Positions 1 to 7,183 of a stretch of 32,000 bases of DNA are shown here, piece after piece. The notes under the pieces are model-generated. The model was not told where the DNA came from and did no database searches. It saw only the letters and a list, made by a program, of their open reading frames with translations. The translations under genes were made by a program, and so were the position numbers. This DNA comes from Methylophaga frappieri (GTDB lineage: Bacteria > Pseudomonadota > Gammaproteobacteria > Nitrosococcales > Methylophagaceae). The stretch spans positions 2,460,001 through 2,492,000 of the forward strand of contig NC_017856.1 in assembly GCF_000260965.1 (NCBI RefSeq), given 5' to 3'. Every line of letters begins with the position of its first letter. Positions within the stretch are counted from its first letter, which is position 1.

Positions 1-2
1 AA

Positions 3-836
3 ATGGCGCGTTCAGGGCTTGGCCATCCAGAGAAGCCGACGGGGGCTTTCTTGTTTGCCGGACCAACGGGTGTCGGTAAGACTGAAGTGACGCGTCAGTT
101 AGCACATATTCTAGGTGTGGATTTGATTCGTTTCGATATGTCTGAGTATATGGAAGCGCATACCGTGTCACGTTTAATTGGTGCGCCGCCAGGATATGTG
201 GGTTTTGATCAGGGTGGGCTGCTTACTGATGCCATTATCAAACAACCTCATGCCGTATTGCTTCTGGACGAGATAGAAAAAGCGCACCCCGACGTATTTA
301 ACTTGCTTTTGCAAGTCATGGATCACGGCACATTGACTGACAACAATGGCCGAAAAGCCGATTTCCGGCATGTGGTGCTGGTCATGACCAGCAATGCCGG
401 TGCGCAGGAAATGAATCGTGCCAGCATCGGTTTTACCAAGCAGGAAATGCATCACACTGACGGCATGGAAGCGTTAAAACGTGCTTTCACGCCGGAGTTT
501 CGTAACCGTCTCGATGGCATTATCCAGTTTAAACCGCTGGAAAGGGATGCCATTTTGCGGGTTGCCGACAAAGCGGTTCTCGAACTCGAAATGCTGCTGC
601 AAGATAAACATGTGACAATAGAAATTGATAATCAGGCACGTGAGTGGCTGGCTGAGCATGGTTATGATATTCAAATGGGCGCCCGGCCCATGGCCAGACT
701 GGTTCAGGAGAAAATCAAACGGCCACTTGCTGATGAGCTGTTGTTTGGTAAGCTCAGTGATGGTGGTCATGTCCGGGTTTGTCTTGATAATGATGAGCTC
801 AGTCTGGAAATTATTAACGAAACAGCATCTGTCTGA
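3..836 (+). CDS. clpA: ATP-dependent Clp protease ATP-binding subunit ClpA, C-terminal part (5' end outside window)
   Basis: ORF is open to the window edge. Second AAA+ module: Walker A GPTGVGKT, Walker B LLLDEIEKAH, sensor-2 GARPMARL, and a ClpA-type tail KRPLADELLFGKL that closely resembles E. coli ClpA. Confidence 0.9.
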   Translation: MARSGLGHPEKPTGAFLFAGPTGVGKTEVTRQLAHILGVDLIRFDMSEYMEAHTVSRLIGAPPGYVGFDQGGLLTDAIIKQPHAVLLLDEIEKAHPDVFNLLLQVMDHGTLTDNNGRKADFRHVVLVMTSNAGAQEMNRASIGFTKQEMHHTDGMEALKRAFTPEFRNRLDGIIQFKPLERDAILRVADKAVLELEMLLQDKHVTIEIDNQAREWLAEHGYDIQMGARPMARLVQEKIKRPLADELLFGKLSDGGHVRVCLDNDELSLEIINETASV

Positions 837-1166
837 TTAGTTAATCTGGTGGGGAGTGAACACTCCTCGCCAAGTCCTTGTGTTACCAACGTTATTTTTT
901 ACGTCTCACCTTAAAATGTGTAAGCAAGTTATGCACTTGTTTCACAAATACTTCACACGATGTTGTAATACGAAAGCTAACTGCTTGATCTTGCTAAAAT
1001 CAATTATAACTAATTGATAATTAAAGGTTTTAATAAAATGGTCATTTTTTAACCATTTTGTGACCAAGGCAATGAATTGAATGACTTAGCGACTAACTCG
1101 GAACTTAAACACAGACTTATCCACAGAAAATGTGAGTAACTTCAATGCACTGTTTTGAGGCATTAT

Positions 1167-1769
1167 TTATAGCTCAACGCCTTTTTGGGCACGAATGCCA
1201 TCCCGAAAAGCATGTTTCACATCGTCGATACGACTTACCGTATCGGCAGCATCAATAATAGCAGGCGGTGCACCGCGACCCGTGATAATGACGTGTTGCA
1301 TGCTCGGTCGTTTTGCTAAGTCTTGCAGAACCAAATTGCTATGCAGATACTGCATTTTCAGCACAATGTTGAGTTCGTCGAGCAGAATCAGGTTGATGTC
1401 AGGATTGGCCAGTAAGGATTTGACAATCGCCCAGCCTTGTTCGGCTGAGCGTTTGTCTTGTTCCAGGTTTTGGGTATCCCAGGTGAAGCCATCTCCGACA
1501 ACATGGTAGGCCACCTTATCAGGGAATCGCCGATAAAAGGCTTCTTCGCCGGTGCTCATCGCACCTTTAATAAATTGAACAATACCGACGTTCATATCAT
1601 GACCCAGCGCGCGCGCCACCATCCCAAATCCAGATGAGCTTTTGCCTTTACCATTACCGGTAATACACAGCAGCAGGCCTTTATCGTTATCTGCCTGCTG
1701 GATTTGTGCATCGACAATCTGCTTTTGCTTTTGCATTCGAGCCTGATGGCGCTGTGCTTTATCGGTCAT
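1167..1769 (-). CDS. cobO: Cob(I)yrinic acid a,c-diamide / cob(I)alamin adenosyltransferase (CobO/BtuR type)
   Basis: 200 aa. P-loop-like TGNGKGKSSSGFG, then VQFIKG, GFTWDTQN, LILLDELN and IITGRG...DTVS..VKHAF, matching the BtuR/CobO family along its length. Lies 25 nt downstream of btuB on the same strand. Confidence 0.9.
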   Translation of the reverse strand: MTDKAQRHQARMQKQKQIVDAQIQQADNDKGLLLCITGNGKGKSSSGFGMVARALGHDMNVGIVQFIKGAMSTGEEAFYRRFPDKVAYHVVGDGFTWDTQNLEQDKRSAEQGWAIVKSLLANPDINLILLDELNIVLKMQYLHSNLVLQDLAKRPSMQHVIITGRGAPPAIIDAADTVSRIDDVKHAFRDGIRAQKGVEL

Positions 1770-1794
1770 TTCTATGCCCGTTTCATTGCTTTTG

Positions 1795-3735
1795 TTACAG
1801 TTTTATTTCAGTGCCAATCATGGCAGTTACGCCCGCAGCCTGAAAGCCGTAGGCGGGTTCAAAATTGTGATCGGTTGCATTTTCAACTCGGCCAAACAAG
1901 CGCCATTGTGAATTGACTTGATATGAACCAGTGACATGGACAACGCTGTATCCACCCCGGTTAATACGCGCACCAACACCATCGACATCTTTTCTTGGTC
2001 CAACATATTGCAGATTACCCGTAAATACTAATGGCTGGCTCGGCTGCCAAGTGAGTAACAGTCCTGCTTTATGCCGAGGACGACGCAAGAGCTGTCGATC
2101 ATCTTCATTCACGCTTCGGGTGTAAGTATAGTTAACATCTACATCCAGTGTGTCGGTTGCGGCCAGTGAAAATTCAGCTTCAAGTCCTTCAAGTTCGGCT
2201 TCATTTTCGTTGACACTAGTGCTATCAAAACTGGGCAGAAAAACCGTGGTAATTAAATCATCAATGTCATTCTGAAAATAGGTCAATGAGGTACTAAGAC
2301 GTTGATTCCAGAATTGTTGATCAATGCCGATTTCCCAGTTATCACTGGTTTCTGGTTTCAGATCCGGGTTACCCCGGTAGGCACTGCCAAAGTTACTCGG
2401 CGTAAAGCCATACAGTTCATACAATGAGGGTGTTTTAAAGCCAGAACCAACCCCACCACGCAGTCGTGTCTGATCTGAAAGCTGATAACTGAGCGTCGCG
2501 CGATAGGTGGTTTCTGAACCAAAGGAATCGGGATCATCATGACGCAATCCCAACGTTGTTGTTAGCGCATCTGATAACTGAATTTGATCTTGAATATAGA
2601 AAGCACGGGTTGATTGCTCTTCACTTGACTGCTGGGTTTGAATAAAGCCACCAAAGTCAGTCATACCATCAGCGGTCAGTTTTTCAGTTTCGTATTCCCC
2701 GCCAATAGTAATCAAATGGTTATCAAGCAGATGCAAATCATTTTGCAGGCCGAGTTTATTTTTTTGACCGCGATAGTCTGTCCGATCCAGCGTGCCGAAG
2801 GGATCAATCCGATCATTACGGTTTTTACGCTCAATATCACTGCGTTGCCAGCTTAATGTTGGCCGCCAGGCACCTTGCCAGAAGTTGCCATTAATACTGC
2901 CACCCAGAAACAACTGCCGTGATTTATTAATGGCATCCGGGTCTTCCGCAGTATTGCCTGAAAAATCAAAGCCGCCATCCAAATCATTTTCTGTTTCAAT
3001 CAATCGGGCGCTGAAATCAAAGTTAAGCTTATCGGTGGGTTGCCAGCCGAGACGGGTTGATAAAATCCCGTTTTGATAACCATCATCATCTCGGTCACTG
3101 CCTGGCGCCAAACGCTTACGGGTGGCGATGCTGTCCCCATCAGATTCAAAAAAACCACCCGTCAGGGCATAGGAAAAATCATTTACCGAGCCGGAGACGG
3201 CAAGCATTTCATGATGCGTAGAATGGGTGCCAATTTCAGCCTTGGCACGTGCTTGCAGTTTGCCGCTGCCGGATTTGGTTCGCACATGGACGACGCCGCC
3301 AATTGCATCTGAACCGTAAAGCACGCTTTGTGAGCCTCGGACAACCTCGATGGACTGCACGTCATCTAATAAAAAGTTAGCAAAGTCAAACCCGCCATTA
3401 GGCGAGCTGGGATCATTCATTTCAATGCCATCAACCAACACTAAAGTGTGATTGGAGTTGCTGCCACGGATAAATAAAGACGTCTGAGAACCTCGGTTGC
3501 CAGAGGCAACGACATGCATGCCCGGCAAATCTTTCAGGGCATCTGAAAGCGTAATAAACTGGCGTTGTTGGATATCTTCAGCAGTGATAACCGAAACGGC
3601 ACTGCCAATTTGGTCAAGAGACGTTGGTGTACGGGTGGCGGTGACGACAATTTGATCCAGTTCGGTATTGGCATTTGCCATGCCGGAAAGAGCGGAGCCA
3701 ATCATCAGGCCGAGTAGAGAGCGCTGTATAAACAT
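1795..3735 (-). CDS. btuB: TonB-dependent vitamin B12 outer-membrane receptor BtuB
   Basis: I start it at ATG 3735 (MFIQRSLLGLMIGSALSGMANA signal peptide) rather than the track's 3897. TonB box DQIVVTATR, plug motifs LFIRGSNSNHTLVLVDG and VRGSQSVLYGSDAIGGVV, C-terminal aromatic-terminated barrel. A cobalamin riboswitch sits immediately upstream. Confidence 0.85.
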   Translation of the reverse strand: MFIQRSLLGLMIGSALSGMANANTELDQIVVTATRTPTSLDQIGSAVSVITAEDIQQRQFITLSDALKDLPGMHVVASGNRGSQTSLFIRGSNSNHTLVLVDGIEMNDPSSPNGGFDFANFLLDDVQSIEVVRGSQSVLYGSDAIGGVVHVRTKSGSGKLQARAKAEIGTHSTHHEMLAVSGSVNDFSYALTGGFFESDGDSIATRKRLAPGSDRDDDGYQNGILSTRLGWQPTDKLNFDFSARLIETENDLDGGFDFSGNTAEDPDAINKSRQLFLGGSINGNFWQGAWRPTLSWQRSDIERKNRNDRIDPFGTLDRTDYRGQKNKLGLQNDLHLLDNHLITIGGEYETEKLTADGMTDFGGFIQTQQSSEEQSTRAFYIQDQIQLSDALTTTLGLRHDDPDSFGSETTYRATLSYQLSDQTRLRGGVGSGFKTPSLYELYGFTPSNFGSAYRGNPDLKPETSDNWEIGIDQQFWNQRLSTSLTYFQNDIDDLITTVFLPSFDSTSVNENEAELEGLEAEFSLAATDTLDVDVNYTYTRSVNEDDRQLLRRPRHKAGLLLTWQPSQPLVFTGNLQYVGPRKDVDGVGARINRGGYSVVHVTGSYQVNSQWRLFGRVENATDHNFEPAYGFQAAGVTAMIGTEIKL

Positions 3736-3849
3736 ATGAAAATCCTCGATGCCGCTATCCCACCGATAGCATGATCTGAAAAGCATGTGCAACGAGGCGC
3801 CACCAACAGCAGTCGGGTTTTGGCTTCTAGTTCGCCCGCCGCAACATGA

Positions 3850-4035
3850 AGGACGTAACAGGCCGGTCTCCGGACTTTCGGGGATATCTGACAGCATCGC
3901 CTTCCCATTAAATTTAATAGTGGCTTGTGATGCCGGTTGACCCGATTACCGTTGCGGGGGCAGTGACGGCATTGACCTAAGTCGCACCGTCTTCCCGATT
4001 ATCGCGCTGCTGTTGCAGAACGCACCTGTGACGAG
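3850..4035 (-). promoter_or_regulatory. Cobalamin (AdoCbl) riboswitch in the btuB-cobO leader
   Basis: Read on the minus strand: AATCGGGAAGACGGTGCGA (3981-3999), CTGCCCCCGCAACGGTAA (3946-3963), and B12 box AGTCCGGAGACCGGCC (3861-3876). These are the hallmark conserved core blocks in the right order and spacing. Boundaries are approximate. Confidence 0.8.
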
Positions 4036-4041
4036 GCGCTG

Positions 4042-4070
4042 ACTATAGAAGTGGTGCCTGTTTTTGTCAA
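4042..4070 (-). promoter_or_regulatory. Sigma70-type promoter for the riboswitch-btuB-cobO transcript
   Basis: Minus strand reads TTGACA (4065-4070), a 17-nt spacer, then TATAGT (4042-4047). This places the transcription start just 5' of the riboswitch P1 region. Confidence 0.55.
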
Positions 4071-4171
4071 ATTTGAATGTTTTCTGAAAAACAAGCGCTT
4101 ATGTTTGATGCCGACTGGTTATCAGGCAGGTAAAACCGTTAAAATCTGACTATTTGGGTAACAGAGTCACC

Positions 4172-5359
4172 ATGAGCGAGCAATTTTCAGATAAGGGTTT
4201 CGCAACCCGGGCAGTCCGAGCCGGCCACCAACGGACAAACGAAGGGGAACATGCCGAGCCTATTTTTCCGACGTCCAGTTTTGTGTTTGACAGTGCCGAG
4301 CAGGCAGCAGCCCGTTTTGGTGGTGATGAGCCTGGCAATATTTATTCTCGGTTTACTAATCCTACAGTGCGCACCTTTGAAACACGTTTGGCGCAATTAG
4401 AAGGTGGTGAGTCTTGCGTTGCCACGGCTTCCGGGATGTCTGCGATTCTGTCAACGTTCATGAGTTTGTGCGTCAGCGGCGATCATATTGTGTCATCAAG
4501 AAGCATTTTTGGGACGACACGCGTCCTGTTTGACAAATATCTCAGCCGGTTTGGTTTGCACACGGATTATGTTCCACTCACTGATATAGCGGCTTGGGAG
4601 CAGGCAATAAAGCCTAATACAAAGATGTTATTTTTGGAAACGCCTTCCAATCCGCTCAATGAGATAGCAGATCTCGCTGCATTATCAGCGTTAGCCAAAA
4701 AACACGGCTGTTTGTTAGTGGTTGACAATTGTTTTTGTACGCCTGCATTGCAATTGCCATTGCAACTGGGCGCAGATATTGTGATCCATTCCGCGACTAA
4801 GTATCTGGATGGACAGGGGCGTTGCATTGGTGGTGCTGTGATTGGCGATGCACAGACAGTGGGTGAGGAGGTGTACGGCTTTTTGCGAACAGCAGGTCCT
4901 ACAATGAGCGCCTTTAATGCCTGGACCTTTCTGAAAGGACTGGAAACTCTGGAAATCCGGATGCAGACACATTCCGCCAGCGCGATGCATTTGGCACAGT
5001 GGTTATCGGCACATCCGAAGGTCAATCAGGTATTTTATGCCGGCTTACCAACACATCCTCAGCATTTGCTGGCCAAACGGCAGCAGTCAGCATTCGGTGG
5101 CATTATTGCTTTTGAGGTGAAAGGTGGGCGTGAGGCGGCATGGAAAACGATCAATGCCACCCAATGGTTATCCATTACAGCCAATCTGGGGGATACCAAA
5201 ACCACCATTACCCACCCTGCGACCACCACGCATGGCCGGGTTTCACCAGAAGACAGACTGGCAAGTGGCATTACTGACGGCTTAATCCGCTTATCCGTTG
5301 GTTTGGAGTCAGTTGCAGATATTCAAGCGGAGTTACAACGTGGCCTCGATTTAGCCTAG
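4172..5359 (+). CDS. metZ: O-succinylhomoserine sulfhydrylase (Cys/Met-metabolism PLP enzyme family)
   Basis: PLP-lysine motif SATKYLDGQGR, plus VETPSNP-like LETPSNPL, HPATTTH and LIRLSVGLE. Length is about 396 aa from ATG 4172; the track start at 4154 is a TTG. Assigning MetZ rather than MetB/MetY is from family resemblance only. Confidence 0.72.
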   Translation: MSEQFSDKGFATRAVRAGHQRTNEGEHAEPIFPTSSFVFDSAEQAAARFGGDEPGNIYSRFTNPTVRTFETRLAQLEGGESCVATASGMSAILSTFMSLCVSGDHIVSSRSIFGTTRVLFDKYLSRFGLHTDYVPLTDIAAWEQAIKPNTKMLFLETPSNPLNEIADLAALSALAKKHGCLLVVDNCFCTPALQLPLQLGADIVIHSATKYLDGQGRCIGGAVIGDAQTVGEEVYGFLRTAGPTMSAFNAWTFLKGLETLEIRMQTHSASAMHLAQWLSAHPKVNQVFYAGLPTHPQHLLAKRQQSAFGGIIAFEVKGGREAAWKTINATQWLSITANLGDTKTTITHPATTTHGRVSPEDRLASGITDGLIRLSVGLESVADIQAELQRGLDLA

Positions 5360-5458
5360 CTGCCTAGAGAGACATTGATAAGCGGCATAAAATCTGCATA
5401 GCGCTTGCCATGGATATCCGTGTGCCGAAAATTTGACGGCTAGGAAAAAGGGATAAAA

Positions 5459-7183
5459 ATGATGCGGCGATTTTATTTACTTGGCAGTCTGTTGCTAAGC
5501 CTGATGCTGGCTGGCGTGGTTGCGGCGGAAAGTGATCTGCGGGTGGTGATTGATGTTTCCGGCAGCATGAAGCAAAACGATCCGCACAACCTCAGAGCGC
5601 CGGGACTCCGGTTACTAAGTGGTCTGATGCCAGTGAATAATCAGGCTGGTGTGTGGACTTTTGCGGCGCAGGTAAATAGTCTGGTGCCGTGGCAAAAAGT
5701 GACCGAAGACTGGCGGCAGGCCGCGCATTCCCAGTCTGATCGAATCCATTCCCGAGGCCTGTATACGAATATTGAACAGGCACTTAAAAAAGCGGTTGCT
5801 AACGTTGAGGATATTAAATCAGCTAATCGCAGTATCATTTTGTTGTCAGATGGTTTGGTTGATTTAAAGGCAGGTGATAAAAGCAGCCAACAGTCGCGGC
5901 AGCGGATTCTGGATGATTTACTGCCCGAATTAGTTCAACACCAGTTCAAAATCCACACTATCGCACTATCGTCCGAGGCAGATCATGACTTATTAAAACA
6001 ACTCTCGATGGCATCTAATGGCTGGTATCGGCAGGTTGACACAGCGGACCAGCTTGAACGGGTATTTTTACATTTGTTTGAACAGTCGGTACCGAGGGAC
6101 AGCGTGCCTTTGGTCGACAATTTTTTCAGTATAGATAATCAGGTCAAAGAGATGACGGTTTTGGCATTTCGTGCCGATCCATCAACTACGACCAGTTTGA
6201 TTACGCCGGATCAAAACATCTTAACCGAAGCGACCCCTGATGATGCGGTTCGTTGGCATCGCGAAAACAATTACGACTTGATTACTATTCAAAACCCTCA
6301 AGCAGGGGAATGGCATATCGATGCCGAATTAGATCCGGATAACCGGGTGATGGTAGTGACGGATTTACAATTGGAAACAGCAGAGCTACCTAATAATATT
6401 CTGGTTGGTGAACGCTTTGATATTGCAGCGACGCTAATCGAAAAAGACGCTGTCATTGTGCGGGAAGATTTTCTAAACCTCGTCCAGGTTGAACTCATGC
6501 AACAAAATGCCGAGGGCAACCGTCGTGTTACGCCGTTACAGCGACTTCCCTCGCAAACAAGCTTTGCTAGTGAGTTGGGCGGCTTATTTAATGCGGGACG
6601 CAATGATATTGTCATTACGGCAACCGGACCAACTTTTGAGCGACAACGACGGCAATCGGTGAATGTCGTTGCGGTGCCCTTGGATATTAACGTGACGCAA
6701 ATTGACAGTGAAAGCCGAAGTCATCGGTTGCAGGTGCAAGCCGATGCGCGTCTTTTGGTCCCTGCCAGTCTCACTATGACGGCATTATTACGCGGTCCGG
6801 ATGGGGATGAATATTCTTATGCAATCCCGTTGCAAAGTGAAAATCAGTGGCAATTGACGCTGTCTGCATTAGCGTCTGGCGTCGATTATCAGCTGGAAGT
6901 CCAAGTTCGGGGCGATACGCCTGCAGGACGCCCTGTATTTTTGCAGCCGGCACCCCTAATCATACGCGACGATCAAGAGCCAGTAATCAGACAAAGTGAT
7001 GTTTTGTCGGTGGAAGCGCCACAATCAGAAGCCGGTAATCCCGTTGTTGATTTGGACCGACCTGCTTTGTCTCCAAGCATGATTTTATTGATCGGTAATG
7101 TGCTTCTCGCTGGCTTATTGATTATAGGTATTCTGTTATGGCGGCGAAGCCAACGATTTACTTCGCCAGCGGAGAGTTTATAA
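5459..7183 (+). CDS. Secreted von Willebrand factor A (VWA) domain protein with C-terminal membrane anchor
   Basis: Signal peptide LLGSLLLSLMLAGVVAAES. MIDAS motif DVSGS right after it, and VWA core ILLSDG. About 350 aa of non-repetitive, beta-looking sequence follows. C-terminal TM ILLIGNVLLAGLLIIGILLW is followed by RRSQR. Confidence 0.8.
   Translation: MMRRFYLLGSLLLSLMLAGVVAAESDLRVVIDVSGSMKQNDPHNLRAPGLRLLSGLMPVNNQAGVWTFAAQVNSLVPWQKVTEDWRQAAHSQSDRIHSRGLYTNIEQALKKAVANVEDIKSANRSIILLSDGLVDLKAGDKSSQQSRQRILDDLLPELVQHQFKIHTIALSSEADHDLLKQLSMASNGWYRQVDTADQLERVFLHLFEQSVPRDSVPLVDNFFSIDNQVKEMTVLAFRADPSTTTSLITPDQNILTEATPDDAVRWHRENNYDLITIQNPQAGEWHIDAELDPDNRVMVVTDLQLETAELPNNILVGERFDIAATLIEKDAVIVREDFLNLVQVELMQQNAEGNRRVTPLQRLPSQTSFASELGGLFNAGRNDIVITATGPTFERQRRQSVNVVAVPLDINVTQIDSESRSHRLQVQADARLLVPASLTMTALLRGPDGDEYSYAIPLQSENQWQLTLSALASGVDYQLEVQVRGDTPAGRPVFLQPAPLIIRDDQEPVIRQSDVLSVEAPQSEAGNPVVDLDRPALSPSMILLIGNVLLAGLLIIGILLWRRSQRFTSPAESL

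Noticed and set aside
851-868. GGAGTG-AA-CACTCC inverted repeat just after clpA as its terminator
   Set aside because: The loop is too short for the full stem, the effective stem is only 4-5 bp, and no U-tract follows.
1117-1125. Perfect DnaA box TTATCCACA as an indicator of a replication origin
   Set aside because: It is a single box. There is no cluster of boxes, no 13-mer AT-rich unwinding repeats in tandem, and the flanking genes (clpA, cobO) are not typical oriC neighbours. A 9-mer is expected by chance at appreciable frequency genome-wide.
3736-3897. N-terminal 54-codon extension of the btuB ORF (track start 3897)
   Set aside because: The extension has no signal-peptide character and overlaps the riboswitch B12 box and expression platform. 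The internal ATG at 3735 begins a canonical signal peptide.
7060-7183. C-terminus of the VWA protein as a sortase, PEP-CTERM or GlyGly-CTERM sorting signal
   Set aside because: It has the TM-plus-basic-cluster layout. However, no LPXTG, PEP or GG motif precedes the helix, the tail after RR is 11 residues long, and no sortase, exosortase or rhombosortase gene is in the window. Treated as a plain membrane anchor.
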